A DNA stretch of 64,000 bases from Candidatus Omnitrophota bacterium (GTDB lineage Bacteria > Omnitrophota > Gorgyraeia > Gorgyraeales > Gorgyraeaceae). The stretch is from assembly GCA_041653835.1 (NCBI GenBank), contig JBAZEP010000002.1, positions 19,061 to 83,060 on the forward strand, written 5' to 3'. The notes under the pieces are model-generated. The model ran no database searches and was not told the DNA's origin. It saw only the letters and a program-made list of their open reading frames with translations. Shown here one piece after another: positions 38,839-49,363 of this stretch (position 1 is its first letter; each line of letters begins with the position of its first letter). The position numbers were made by a program, and so were the translations under genes.

Positions 38839-39579
38839 TTATATCCCTATGACATCCGCCATGGTATACAGCCCTGGATTTTTGCCTGCCAGGAATTTCG
38901 CGGCGTCAAGCGCCCCCCTGGCGAACGCGTCCCTGGAATGCGCCCTGTGCGTAAGCTCTATCCTTTCGCCGTTACCCGCGAATATAACTGTATGATCCCC
39001 CACTATGTCGCCCAATCTGATCGAATGCATCGGGGGAGTTTTTCCTTTCGCCTTAAAAACAGCCTCTGCCAGCCTTTTGGCTGTGCCGCTCGGCGCGTCT
39101 TTTTTCTGGTCATGATGCGCCTCTACTATCTCGGCCTCATAGCCTTTTCCCAACGCCCGCGCTGTTTCCTCCGCGATCTTGAACATAAGGTTAGCGCCTA
39201 TGCTCATATTCGGGGAAAATACAACCGGTATCCTGGCTGAAGCGTCCCTGATCGTCCCCAATTCTTCTTTGGAAAATCCGGTCGTGCCTATTACTACGGC
39301 TTTTTTATTTTTAACCGCTATCCCGATATGTTCCAGGGTAGCGGAAGGACTTGTGAACTCTATCAGCACATCGCAAAAAGGCGCGAGCTTATTGAAATCT
39401 GATTCGATCTTTTTGTTTATCTTCCCCGCCCCGGTAAGTTCCCCTATATCCCTTCCTATAACAGCGCTCGAAGAGAACTCAAGCCCGCCCGCTATCTCTA
39501 TATCTTTATCCTGGGCACTAAGCGCGGCTATCCTCATCCCCATCCTTCCCGATATCCCGCTTATAACTATCTTTACCAT
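38839..39579 (-). CDS. dapB: 4-hydroxy-tetrahydrodipicolinate reductase DapB
   Basis: MVKIVISGISGRMG NAD(P)-binding start; 246 aa. Confidence 0.88.
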   Translation of the reverse strand: MVKIVISGISGRMGMRIAALSAQDKDIEIAGGLEFSSSAVIGRDIGELTGAGKINKKIESDFNKLAPFCDVLIEFTSPSATLEHIGIAVKNKKAVVIGTTGFSKEELGTIRDASARIPVVFSPNMSIGANLMFKIAEETARALGKGYEAEIVEAHHDQKKDAPSGTAKRLAEAVFKAKGKTPPMHSIRLGDIVGDHTVIFAGNGERIELTHRAHSRDAFARGALDAAKFLAGKNPGLYTMADVIGI

Positions 39580-39591
39580 ATAATGTCTCCC

Positions 39592-39630
39592 TAAGGGAAC
39601 ATTTTTGACAATGTCATAAATGTTCCCTTA
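39592..39630. repeat. REP-like intercistronic palindrome (taagggaacattttTGACAaTGTCAtaaatgttccctta)
   Basis: 18/19 bp inverted arms; runs from the dapA stop to 12 nt before the dapB start. Confidence 0.65.
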
Positions 39631-39631
39631 T

Positions 39632-40504
39632 TTATAGTAAGCCGTAGTCTTTGAGGGCTTTTTTTAGTTTCTCAAGATTTACATCCGACATCGGGCATAA
39701 AGGCAGTCTCATGCCAGGCTCTATCATGCCCATAAGGCTCATAGCTGTCTTGACAGGTATCGGATTGGTTTCTAAAAATACCGCCCTTACCAAAGGCAAA
39801 AGTTTGTAGTGCAATTTTCTCGCGCCTTCCAGGTCACCTTTTTTGAATTTCGCCACCATGTCTGATACATCTTTCGGAACGATATTATTCACTACCGAGA
39901 TAACCCCTGTCCCGCCGATCGCGAGCAAAGGCAGTGTAAGGGCGTCATCGCCTGATATGAGATAAAATTTATCGCCGCACAAATAACGTATCCTGGACAT
40001 CTGTTCCAGATTTCCGCTGGATTCTTTGACGCCCGCTATATTTTTCACTTTGCTCATCCTGGCCATTGTCTCGGGCTCTATGTTCACTCCTGTCCTCGAG
40101 GCTATATTATAAACGATCATAGGAAGGTCCACTTCCTCCGCTATCGTCTTGAAATGCAGATAAAGCCCTTCCTGGGTAGGTTTATTATAATACGGCGAGA
40201 CCTGAAGCGTAGCGTCTGCCCCGGCTTTTTTAGCGTGCTTAGTGAGCATCAATGCCTCGGCGGTGCTGTTCGAACCTGTCCCGGCTATTACGGCTATTTT
40301 TCCCGCCGCGGCCTCTATCACGATCTCAATAACCCTTTCATGCTCTTCGTAGGAAAGCGTGGCTGATTCACCTGTTGTGCCGCATGGCACAATACCGCTG
40401 GTCCCGTTTTTTATATGGAACTCCACCAGCTCCGCTAATTTTTTTTCATCTACACGGTCTTTTTTAAACGGCGTCACCAAAGCCGTCATCGCGCCTTCAA
40501 ACAT
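39632..40504 (-). CDS. dapA: 4-hydroxy-tetrahydrodipicolinate synthase DapA
   Basis: TPF..D..VD, GTTGES and active-site Lys motifs. Confidence 0.9.
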   Translation of the reverse strand: MFEGAMTALVTPFKKDRVDEKKLAELVEFHIKNGTSGIVPCGTTGESATLSYEEHERVIEIVIEAAAGKIAVIAGTGSNSTAEALMLTKHAKKAGADATLQVSPYYNKPTQEGLYLHFKTIAEEVDLPMIVYNIASRTGVNIEPETMARMSKVKNIAGVKESSGNLEQMSRIRYLCGDKFYLISGDDALTLPLLAIGGTGVISVVNNIVPKDVSDMVAKFKKGDLEGARKLHYKLLPLVRAVFLETNPIPVKTAMSLMGMIEPGMRLPLCPMSDVNLEKLKKALKDYGLL

Positions 40505-40518
40505 AAATACCTCGCTCT

Positions 40519-41334
40519 CTATAAATTTACCTGTCCTGTAAATACTACTCTCGTTTCCCCTTCCAGGTAAACATCCCTTATCTCGTTCAGTATCTTTTTA
40601 AATCCCGCTTTTAAAACGCCGCCGGCCGTATGAACGTTTATCTCTGTATCCGTGATCTGTTTCATGCCGGCTGACTTGCCGATCGACCGGATATGATTCG
40701 TTATTATCGCGGACGCCACAGATCCTGTGCCGCACGAAAGCGTCTCTCCTTCCACGCCTCTCTCGTACGTCCTTACTTTTATATTGCTTTCGTCCATTAT
40801 CTCGACAAAATTCACATTCGCGCCTTTTGGCTTAAACTCTTTATGATACCTTATTGCCGAACCTATAGCGTCCACATCTATCTTGTCTATGCCGCTGACA
40901 AACACCACGACATGCGGCACGCCGGTATTCACAAAATGCACTTTTATCTTCCTGGTATTTACCTTCAGGGGGATGTTCAATTTTAGATCTTTTGGCTCTT
41001 CCATTCTTGCTTTTACCCTGTTTTCTCCGGTAATCTCCCCTTCATATATTCCCGCCTTTGTCTCTACCTTTACTTTTCTCCTGATCCCTTTGAATAAAAC
41101 CGCGCATCTCAGGCCATTACCGCACATCTCAGCCTCACTGCCGTCCGCGTTGAATACGCGCATCCTGAGATCCGCTGTCTTCGACTCTTCCAGCGCCAGT
41201 ATCCCGTCCGCGCCTATGCCGGTCTTCCTGTCGCATAATCTTTTGGCGAGCGCGTTCAATCCTTTAATCTCGCCTTCGATTATTATAAAATCATTCCCCG
41301 CGCCCACCATCTTCGTGAATTTTAATATCTCCAT
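40519..41334 (-). CDS. dapF: Diaminopimelate epimerase DapF
   Basis: GAGNDFIII and catalytic Cys motifs (CGNG, CGTG). Confidence 0.88.
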   Translation of the reverse strand: MEILKFTKMVGAGNDFIIIEGEIKGLNALAKRLCDRKTGIGADGILALEESKTADLRMRVFNADGSEAEMCGNGLRCAVLFKGIRRKVKVETKAGIYEGEITGENRVKARMEEPKDLKLNIPLKVNTRKIKVHFVNTGVPHVVVFVSGIDKIDVDAIGSAIRYHKEFKPKGANVNFVEIMDESNIKVRTYERGVEGETLSCGTGSVASAIITNHIRSIGKSAGMKQITDTEINVHTAGGVLKAGFKKILNEIRDVYLEGETRVVFTGQVNL

Positions 41335-41354
41335 GTTTTTCCTTTTATCTGATG

Positions 41355-42605
41355 TCAGATTTCCGCGGATACAAGGTCTTTGTATGTTTCCCTGCGCCGT
41401 ATTAATTTCGCTTTATTGCCCTCTACTATAACTTCCGCGGTCCTGGGCCGTGAATTATAATTACTGGACATGCTGAAGCCGTACGCACCCGCGCTCATAA
41501 CGCTCAAAAGGTCCCCTTCTTTCAGACCTATGAATTTCCTGGCATTTCCCAGGAAATCCCCGCTTTCGCATATAGGCCCGACCACGTCAAAAACCCTGAC
41601 CTGTTTAGGCCCGGCATAAGAACGCGACTTCACAGGCAATATCTCATGGTACGCGTCGTAAAGGCTGGGCCTTATGAGGTCATTCATGCCGGCGTCCACT
41701 ATGGCAAAATTCTTGGCCGGCGCTTCTTTGACATACTGAACCTTTGTCACAAGCACGCCCGCGTTCCCTACAATAAATCTCCCGGGCTCCAGGATGATGT
41801 TTGCCTTTATTTTCTTAAGCACGGGTAATACCGCCCTGGCGTACTCCTCCGCTGTCTGCGGCCTTTCTTTGGAATATATTATGCCCAGGCCGCCGCCTAT
41901 ATTAAGCCACCCTATTGTTACGCCGCGGTTCTCAAGGCCTTTTATAAAACCAGTTGTCCTTTTAAGCGCGCTGATAAAAGGTTCCGCGTCCACTATCTGC
42001 GAACCGATATGCATATGGATACCGGATATATACAGATTTTTATATTTACCTCTCCCCAGAAATATCTTTTCAGCCGTATCAAAATCTATGCCGAATTTGT
42101 TCTCGGCGTGGCCCGTCGTAATATACTTATGCGTCCTGGCTTTTATGCCGGGATTGACGCGTATCGCTATTTTCTGCCTTATCCCGATTTTTCCGGCTAT
42201 CTTATTTATCCGCTCAAGTTCCGGGATGGATTCCACGTTGAAGAAAAATATCCTGTGTCTTATCGCCAGCTCTATCTCTTTCTCTGTTTTTCCGACACCG
42301 GCATATACGATCTTCCTGGAAGAGACGTCTGTCTTAAGCGCCCGGTACAGTTCTCCCCCTGAAACAATGTCAAGCCCCGCGCCTTCTTTTACGAGCGCCT
42401 TGCACACGGAAAGGTTCGAATTTGCCTTCATCGAAAAGCATATGAGCGGATTTACCGGCTCAAACGCTTGTTTTATTTTCCTGTAATGGCTTATAAGCGT
42501 ATTGCGGCTGTAAACATATAGAGGCGTACCGTATTTCGCGGCAAGCTCTTCCAGGCTTACGGATTCGCAATAAAGATTCCCGCGCCTGTAATTAAAATCG
42601 TGCAT
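41355..42605 (-). CDS. lysA: Diaminopimelate decarboxylase LysA
   Basis: Orn/DAP/Arg decarboxylase family 2 motifs; 416 aa; follows dapF. Confidence 0.88.
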   Translation of the reverse strand: MHDFNYRRGNLYCESVSLEELAAKYGTPLYVYSRNTLISHYRKIKQAFEPVNPLICFSMKANSNLSVCKALVKEGAGLDIVSGGELYRALKTDVSSRKIVYAGVGKTEKEIELAIRHRIFFFNVESIPELERINKIAGKIGIRQKIAIRVNPGIKARTHKYITTGHAENKFGIDFDTAEKIFLGRGKYKNLYISGIHMHIGSQIVDAEPFISALKRTTGFIKGLENRGVTIGWLNIGGGLGIIYSKERPQTAEEYARAVLPVLKKIKANIILEPGRFIVGNAGVLVTKVQYVKEAPAKNFAIVDAGMNDLIRPSLYDAYHEILPVKSRSYAGPKQVRVFDVVGPICESGDFLGNARKFIGLKEGDLLSVMSAGAYGFSMSSNYNSRPRTAEVIVEGNKAKLIRRRETYKDLVSAEI

Positions 42606-43959
42606 TTTTCAGCTGTCTCCTTACCTGTTTCGAACTCGTGCCCCCGAAAGAATCTTTCAAGTTCACGGATTTTTCAGCGTCCAGCAGTTCATAAACATCC
42701 TTGTTGAATTTAGGGCTGAAAAACCTCAGCTCCCTTAAAGAGATCTCGGATATTTTCAATTTCCTGCCAAGCCCATACGCGACTATCTTGCCTGTGATAT
42801 CATGGGCATCCTTTAGGGAGACACCTTTTTTGACAAGATATTCCATTATATCGGTCGCGTAGATGGACTCATCCTGTAAAAGTTCGTTTGCCCTGTCTTT
42901 ATTCACCTTCAGGGCCTTGAACATCGCGGCCAGGATATCCAGGGAACTTTTTATTGTATCTATCGCCCTGAACAAAGGCTCTTTGTCTATCTGCATGTCC
43001 CTGTTATAAGTAAGTGGCAGGCCCTTCATCATGACCATTACTTCGGTCAACGAGCCGTAAAGCGTCCCGCATTTCCCCCTGACGAGTTCCAAGGCGTCCG
43101 GATTCTTTTTCTGGGGCATCATGCTCGAGCCTGTAGAGAACTCATCCCCGACATCCACGAGCCTTACTGCCTGGGAATTCCATATTATGATATCTTCCGA
43201 AAGCCTGGAAAGATGCATGCCGGCTATCGCGAGAGAGAATATAGTCTCTATGACAAAATCCCTGTCGCTCACCGCGTCCATGCTGTTCGAGGATATCTTT
43301 GAAAAGCCGAGCTCTTTGGCGGTAAAATTCCTGTCTATCGCTAAGCTGGTACCGCTTATCGCGCATGAACCCAGAGGCAGGACATCTACCCGTTTCTTAC
43401 AGTCAGCGAGCCTGTCCATGTCCCTTCCCAGCATCTCGCAATAAGCCAGCATATGATGACTCAATAAAACAGGCTGCGCGTTCTGGAGATGCGTAAGGCC
43501 AGGCACTATGACATCGATATTTTTTTTACAAAATCCCTTTACCGAAGACTTGAACGCGGCTATCTTGTCAGTTATCTCGCCTATTTCTTTTTTGCAATAC
43601 ATCCTGGTATCAAGCGAAATCTGGTCATTCCTGCTCCTTGCTGTATGAAGCATAGCCGCGGATTTTCCAATTTTTTTATCCAGCTCATTCTGTATAACAG
43701 TATGGATATCCTCCGCGGAATTATCGATTTTTAACGAGCCTTTTTTGACCTGTCCCAGGATAGAATTCAGGCCCGAGACGATCCTGGCGGCGTCTTTTTT
43801 AGGTATAATACCGCACTTTGCCAGCATCCTGGCGTGCGCGATGCTTCCGAGACAGTCGTATTCAGCCAGCCTTTTATCGAATTGGACAGACTTTGTGAAT
43901 TCGTCCATAAGAGGATTGGTTTTTTTGGAAAACCTTCCACCCCACAATTTATTTTTCAT
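42592..43959 (-). CDS. argH: Argininosuccinate lyase ArgH
   Basis: Fumarate-lyase signature GSSMMPQKKNPD. Confidence 0.92.
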   Translation of the reverse strand: MKNKLWGGRFSKKTNPLMDEFTKSVQFDKRLAEYDCLGSIAHARMLAKCGIIPKKDAARIVSGLNSILGQVKKGSLKIDNSAEDIHTVIQNELDKKIGKSAAMLHTARSRNDQISLDTRMYCKKEIGEITDKIAAFKSSVKGFCKKNIDVIVPGLTHLQNAQPVLLSHHMLAYCEMLGRDMDRLADCKKRVDVLPLGSCAISGTSLAIDRNFTAKELGFSKISSNSMDAVSDRDFVIETIFSLAIAGMHLSRLSEDIIIWNSQAVRLVDVGDEFSTGSSMMPQKKNPDALELVRGKCGTLYGSLTEVMVMMKGLPLTYNRDMQIDKEPLFRAIDTIKSSLDILAAMFKALKVNKDRANELLQDESIYATDIMEYLVKKGVSLKDAHDITGKIVAYGLGRKLKISEISLRELRFFSPKFNKDVYELLDAEKSVNLKDSFGGTSSKQVRRQLKNARF

Positions 43960-43969
43960 ATGCCACCTT

Positions 43970-45142
43970 TTACTTTTTATACGGCATTCCCCATACTTTA
44001 ATAAAACCTTCCGCTATAGACCTGTCGAATTTGTCGCCTTTATCGTATGTCGCCATTTCTTTCCTGTACAGCGAATACGGCGACTTCCTGGACACAACAC
44101 TTGCCACGCCTTTCAATAATTTAACCTTCGCTATGCCGGTCACATGCTTCTGTGTATTATTTATAAAAGCGTCCAGCGCATCTTTCAAAGGTGTAAACCA
44201 TAAACCGTAATAAACAAGGTCCGCGTATTTAAGGGCTATGCTTTCTTTGAAGTGCAGAAGTTCCCTGTCCAGCACAAGGCTTTCCAGGTCTTTATGGGCA
44301 TGGTACAAAATCCACGCGCCAGGCGCCTCATATATCTCCCTTGATTTTATTCCCACAAGCCTGTTCTCCACGAGATCAGTCCTGCCGATGCCGTTCCTGC
44401 CGCCTATCTCGTTTAATTTCAATATCAGGCTGACCGGGCTGTATTTTTTCCCGTTAAGTTTGACAGGCACGCCCTTATAGAATTCTATTTCCACGTATGT
44501 AGGTTTCCCCGGCGCTTTAGCCGGATCTATCGACATCTGGTAACCATCCTCTGCCGGTTCATTCCACGGGTCTTCCAGCATCCCGCATTCTATACTCATC
44601 CCCCAGATATTTTTATCCAGGCTGTAAGGGCTTTTTTTCGTGGTATCTATCTGTATATTGTTTTCTTTCGCGTATTCTATCTCTTCTTCCCTCGAATACA
44701 TGTGCCATTCCCTTAACGGCGCGATTATCTTTAATTCAGGCGCGAGCGCCATACAAGTGACCTCAAACCTTACCTGGTCATTCCCTTTTCCTGTACAGCC
44801 GTGCGCCACAGAATCCGCCTTTTCCTTTTTCGCCGCCCTTACCAGCCCTGCCGCGATTATAGGCCTTGAAAGAGCGGTCGCGAGCAGGTATTTTGATTCA
44901 TAGACCGCGCCTGCCTTCAAAGACATAAACACAAAATCTTCGGCGAATTCCTCTTTAAGGTCCTCGATAATGACCTTTGAGGCTCCAGCCGATATAGCCC
45001 TTTTCTTCAATTTATCGTAATCGCCGCCCTGGCCTACATCAGCCATATAACAGATAACGTCATAACCTTTATCCGCGAGCCACGACACCGCTACAGATGT
45101 GTCCAATCCGCCTGAATACGCGAGAACAATCTTTTTATTCAT
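43970..45142 (-). CDS. argG: Argininosuccinate synthase ArgG
   Basis: AYSGGLDTSV PP-loop and downstream ArgG motifs. Confidence 0.92.
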   Translation of the reverse strand: MNKKIVLAYSGGLDTSVAVSWLADKGYDVICYMADVGQGGDYDKLKKRAISAGASKVIIEDLKEEFAEDFVFMSLKAGAVYESKYLLATALSRPIIAAGLVRAAKKEKADSVAHGCTGKGNDQVRFEVTCMALAPELKIIAPLREWHMYSREEEIEYAKENNIQIDTTKKSPYSLDKNIWGMSIECGMLEDPWNEPAEDGYQMSIDPAKAPGKPTYVEIEFYKGVPVKLNGKKYSPVSLILKLNEIGGRNGIGRTDLVENRLVGIKSREIYEAPGAWILYHAHKDLESLVLDRELLHFKESIALKYADLVYYGLWFTPLKDALDAFINNTQKHVTGIAKVKLLKGVASVVSRKSPYSLYRKEMATYDKGDKFDRSIAEGFIKVWGMPYKK

Positions 45143-45154
45143 GACAAACCCCTT

Positions 45155-46048
45155 TTATTTTAAAAGTTTAACAAGTATCGCTTTTTGCACATGCAGCCTG
45201 TTTTCAGCCTGGTCCATGACTACGGACGCCGGGCTGTCCATCACCTCATCCGTGATCTCCTGCCCCCTGTGGGCGGGCAGGCAATGCATTACTATAGCGT
45301 CTTTACGCGCTAGCTTCACAAGCCCGGAATTCACCTGGTATTTTTTGAATGCCTTAAGTCTTTTTTTGTATTCTTTTTCCTGGCCCATACTGGTCCACAC
45401 ATCCGTATATATGACATCCGCGTCTTTTACAGCGTCGGCAGGATTATTAACTATTTCCGCGAAACCCGCGACATCCTTCAATACATCTTTAGCCGGTTCA
45501 TACCCTTTAGGGCACGCGGCTCGGATCTTTATGCCCATCTTATGGCAAACATATAAAAGTGAATTAAGGACATTATTGCCGTCCCCTACAAAAGCTACAG
45601 TAACGCCTTCGATACCTTTCTTCTCCTTTATGGAGAAAAGATCGCTCAATGCCTGGCATGGGTGCTGGTAATCAGTCAACCCGTTTATGACCGGTATTGA
45701 GGAATATTTAGCGAGCTCCACAACAGTCTTATGCGAAAACGTCCTGGCCACAATGCCGCTCAGGTACCTCGAAAGGACTTTTGCCACATCCTTAGGGGAT
45801 TCGCGCTTTCCCAGGTCTATTTCGTATGACCCGAGATATATGGCGTGCCCTCCGAGTTCTGTCATACCTGCCTCAAAAGAAACCCTGGTCCTGTTGGACG
45901 GTTTCTCAAATATAAGGCCCAGGGTCTTTCCTTTAAGCGGTTCGCCTGAAGAAAGCCGTTTGGCTTTTAATTCCCTGGCAAGCGCCAATATCTCATTTAT
46001 CTCGGCGGCGCTCAAATCATTTATAGTCAGCAGGTCTTTTTTCATCAC
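45155..46048 (-). CDS. argF: Ornithine carbamoyltransferase ArgF
   Basis: SNRTRVSFE (STRTR) and HCLPAHRGQE motifs. Confidence 0.9.
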   Translation of the reverse strand: MMKKDLLTINDLSAAEINEILALARELKAKRLSSGEPLKGKTLGLIFEKPSNRTRVSFEAGMTELGGHAIYLGSYEIDLGKRESPKDVAKVLSRYLSGIVARTFSHKTVVELAKYSSIPVINGLTDYQHPCQALSDLFSIKEKKGIEGVTVAFVGDGNNVLNSLLYVCHKMGIKIRAACPKGYEPAKDVLKDVAGFAEIVNNPADAVKDADVIYTDVWTSMGQEKEYKKRLKAFKKYQVNSGLVKLARKDAIVMHCLPAHRGQEITDEVMDSPASVVMDQAENRLHVQKAILVKLLK

Positions 46049-47220
46049 ATCACCTTATCCAGGATCGCCATTGCCCTGTCTATCTGTTTTTTCGTGACTA
46101 TCATGCCGGGCATCACCCTCAATACCTTATCGTGTGTACAGTTTATCATAAGCCCTTCTTTAAAACATTTTTCCACGATCTCTTTTCCCGGGATAGTAAG
46201 TTCCACTCCGATCATCAGGCCTTTGCCCCTTATTTCTTTTATGACGCCTTTTTTCTTTTTCAGTCCATTCAGCCTGTCCACAAGGTACGCGCCCATAGTG
46301 ACGGTATTCGAGAGCAAGCCCTCTTTCTCTATCGCCTCGAAAACAGCAAGGCTCGCGCTGCATACCACTGGGCTGCCGCCGAATGTGGAGGCGTGCATGC
46401 CCGGTTTTAACACATCCGCGAATTTCCTGGAAGCGACCATCGCCCCTATCGGTAATCCGCCGCCAAGGGATTTGGCGAGCGTCATGACATCGGGAGTTAT
46501 ACCGTAATGTTCGAAGCAGAACATCTTGCCTGTCCTGCCGACGCCTGTCTGCACCTCGTCAAAGATCAGCACCAGGTCTTTCTTGTCGCAAAGAGCCCTG
46601 AGCGCTTTTATATAGCTTTCATCCGCGACGTTTATGCCTCCCTCGCCCTGTATAGGTTCCAGCATTATAGCCGCGGTTTTGTCTGTAATAGCGGCCTCGA
46701 CGGCTTTGATGTCATTGAAAGCCGCGTATTTAAAACCCGCCGGCAAAGGCTCAAAACCTTTCTGATATTTTGGCTGGGCAGTGGCAGTTATAGTAGTAAG
46801 CGTCCTTCCATGAAAAGAATTTTCCATTGTAATGATCTCGTACCTGGAACCTTTGGAATTGCCGTAAGAACGCGCTAATTTTATCGCGCCCTCATTAGCC
46901 TCAGCCCCGCTATTACAGAAAAATACCTTGCCGTCAAAAGAGTTTTCTATTATTTTCTGCGCCAGCTTCCCCTGCAGCATATTGTAATAGTTATTAGGCA
47001 CGTGGATTATCTTTTTAAGGTAATTTCTTACCGCGTTCACTACCTTTGTATGGCAATGCCCGAGTCCGCTTACCGCCCACCCAGGGAAAAAGTCAAGATA
47101 CTCTCTGCCTTCCAGGTCCCATACCTTAAGCCCCTTGCCTTTGACCATCACTACAGGGGTCCTTCCGTAAGTGGACATCACGTACTTATCATATTGCGCT
47201 ATCACTTCTTTTGTCTTCAT
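46045..47220 (-). CDS. argD: Acetylornithine aminotransferase ArgD
   Basis: Class III aminotransferase, PLP-Lys region (FDEVQTGVGRTG). Confidence 0.88.
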   Translation of the reverse strand: MKTKEVIAQYDKYVMSTYGRTPVVMVKGKGLKVWDLEGREYLDFFPGWAVSGLGHCHTKVVNAVRNYLKKIIHVPNNYYNMLQGKLAQKIIENSFDGKVFFCNSGAEANEGAIKLARSYGNSKGSRYEIITMENSFHGRTLTTITATAQPKYQKGFEPLPAGFKYAAFNDIKAVEAAITDKTAAIMLEPIQGEGGINVADESYIKALRALCDKKDLVLIFDEVQTGVGRTGKMFCFEHYGITPDVMTLAKSLGGGLPIGAMVASRKFADVLKPGMHASTFGGSPVVCSASLAVFEAIEKEGLLSNTVTMGAYLVDRLNGLKKKKGVIKEIRGKGLMIGVELTIPGKEIVEKCFKEGLMINCTHDKVLRVMPGMIVTKKQIDRAMAILDKVM

Positions 47221-47221
47221 T

Positions 47222-48082
47222 TTATTTGTCCTTTACTATCTCCGTCCCTATGCCTTTATCCGTAAAGATCTCCAGCAGGAGACTGTGAGGTATCCTTCCG
47301 TCTATAATATGCGTCTTGGATACGCCCGCTGCCAAAGCGCTCATGCACGCCCTCACCTTGGGTATCATGCCGCTCTGTATGACCTTCCTCCCTATAAGCG
47401 TATCCGCGTCTTTCATTTTAAGGGTCGAGATAAGCGTACTTTCATCGCCTTTGTGCCTCATTATCCCTTTTACATCCGTCAATAAAACAAGCTTGACCGC
47501 TTTTAACGCGGAGGCTATCTCCGCGCTCGCGTCGTCCGCGTTTATATTGTAAATCTCCCCGTCCTCGCCTATGCTGACCGGGGAGATAACAGGTATTGCC
47601 CTCGGCCTGACCGCGTTCCTTATCACATCCGCGTTTACCTTGTCTATTTCCCCCACAAATCCCAGCGCCTTCGACTCTTTGTGCGGCCTCGCTGTCATGA
47701 CATTTTTTTTGGATGTATTCATGCTTACCGCCCTGCCGCCTAATTTTTTAATGTCATGCACAATGCCTTCGTTTACCCGGCTCAGTACCCTGTCAACCAC
47801 GGTAATATCATCTTTGGTGGTAACCCTCAGGCCTTCGGTAAATTCCACCTTTTTACCCAGCTTCCTGAATTCCTCGTTTATAAAAGGCCCGCCGCCGTGG
47901 ATAAGTATCGGCCTTATGCCGACATAGCTCATAAAAACTATGTCCTCGAGCACGCCCTTTTTGACCTCGGGTTTTATAAGCGCGCTTCCGCCGTATTTAA
48001 TGACAAATATCTTGCCGCTGTAAGCCTTTATATAAGGTAACGCTTCGATCAGTACATCCGCTTTTTTAATAGCTCGTTCCAT
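47222..48082 (-). CDS. argB: Acetylglutamate kinase ArgB
   Basis: VIKYGGSAL amino-acid kinase start. Confidence 0.9.
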   Translation of the reverse strand: MERAIKKADVLIEALPYIKAYSGKIFVIKYGGSALIKPEVKKGVLEDIVFMSYVGIRPILIHGGGPFINEEFRKLGKKVEFTEGLRVTTKDDITVVDRVLSRVNEGIVHDIKKLGGRAVSMNTSKKNVMTARPHKESKALGFVGEIDKVNADVIRNAVRPRAIPVISPVSIGEDGEIYNINADDASAEIASALKAVKLVLLTDVKGIMRHKGDESTLISTLKMKDADTLIGRKVIQSGMIPKVRACMSALAAGVSKTHIIDGRIPHSLLLEIFTDKGIGTEIVKDK

Positions 48083-48160
48083 ATTAATATTCCTAATGCA
48101 TGTTCTCGACTTCGCTCGAACAATATTCTTCGAGCGAGCGAAGCGAGTCGAGAAGTCTAA

Positions 48161-49363
48161 TTACGTCTCATACTCCGCGTTTATCTTCACATATTCCTCG
48201 GTCAAATCGCACGTCCATACCCTGCCGGATTTGTTCCCGGATTTCAGATCCACCGCTATCTCTATTTCTTTTTTCCTGAATACGTTCAAAAGCGCTTCTC
48301 TCCCAGCGTTCGTGCCTGTGCCGTTCTTCATGACCGCGATTTTATTGAAATAAATATCCATGCGGCCGGGATCAAAAGATATCCCGCTCGCGCCCGCCGC
48401 GCCGGCAATCCTTCCCCAATTAGGGTCACCACCCGCTATCATTGTCTTTACCAGGCTGGATAACGCTATCTTCCTGGCGACCGCTTCCGCGGCCTTCTCG
48501 GTCTTCGCGCCTTTTACGATTACCTCGACAAACCTGGTAGCGCCCTCTCCGTCCAGGACTATCTTTCTCGAGAGTTCTTTTGAGACAAATTTTACGGCAT
48601 TGAGAAAAACCCGGTAATCTTTTGTATCCTTCCTTATGGTTTCGTTATCCGCCGTACCGTTAGCGAACATAATAGCGGAATCATTGGTGCTCATGTCTCC
48701 GTCAACGGTTATCTTATTGAATGATTCGAACACCGATTCCCTGAATGCATGTTTAAGCGCGTTTTTCTCTATTGCCGCGTCTGTTGTAAAGAACGCCAGC
48801 ATTGTAGCCATCTCAGGGCATATCATGCCCGCGCCTTTCACGGCCCCTGCTATCTTTACTTCTTTACCTTTTATTTTTATTTTAACCGCTATCTCTTTAT
48901 GCGCAGTATCCGTGGTCATTATAGCTTTGGCGAAACTTGTGCCGTTTGACGCGGACAGGTTCCTGACCAGGCCCCCTATGCCGTTCTTGATCTTCTGCAC
49001 AGGTAGAGGCCTTCCGATTATGCCCGTAGAAGCCATGAGGACAGACCCGTTTTCCAGGCCCAGGTTTTTAGCGGCCAACGCTGTTATTTCTTCGGCGTCT
49101 TTTATCTCGTCAGGCCCGACACAGCAATTAGCGTTGCCGCTATTCACGAGCACTGCCTGGCTGGCGCCTTTTTTAAGCCGCCTGGCGCATAAAATAACAG
49201 AGCCTGACTTTACCCTATTTGTAGTAAAAGTCCCTACGCTGACGCACGGCATTGTGGAAAATAATAAAGCCAGGTCCTGTTTACCGCTCTTTTTTATGCC
49301 GCAGCTTGCCGAACCCGCCAGAAAACCCTTTGGCGCGGTTACGCCGCCCTTAATTATTTTCAT
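48161..49363 (-). CDS. argJ: Bifunctional glutamate N-acetyltransferase/amino-acid acetyltransferase ArgJ
   Basis: Autoproteolytic ATML site (PEMATMLAFF). Confidence 0.9.
   Translation of the reverse strand: MKIIKGGVTAPKGFLAGSASCGIKKSGKQDLALLFSTMPCVSVGTFTTNRVKSGSVILCARRLKKGASQAVLVNSGNANCCVGPDEIKDAEEITALAAKNLGLENGSVLMASTGIIGRPLPVQKIKNGIGGLVRNLSASNGTSFAKAIMTTDTAHKEIAVKIKIKGKEVKIAGAVKGAGMICPEMATMLAFFTTDAAIEKNALKHAFRESVFESFNKITVDGDMSTNDSAIMFANGTADNETIRKDTKDYRVFLNAVKFVSKELSRKIVLDGEGATRFVEVIVKGAKTEKAAEAVARKIALSSLVKTMIAGGDPNWGRIAGAAGASGISFDPGRMDIYFNKIAVMKNGTGTNAGREALLNVFRKKEIEIAVDLKSGNKSGRVWTCDLTEEYVKINAEYET

Noticed and set aside
41355-42605. A lysine riboswitch upstream of the lysA/dap genes
   Set aside because: lysA overlaps argH and the dap genes are tightly packed. 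There is no leader long enough to hold an L-box, and the only intergenic elements are the short palindromes.
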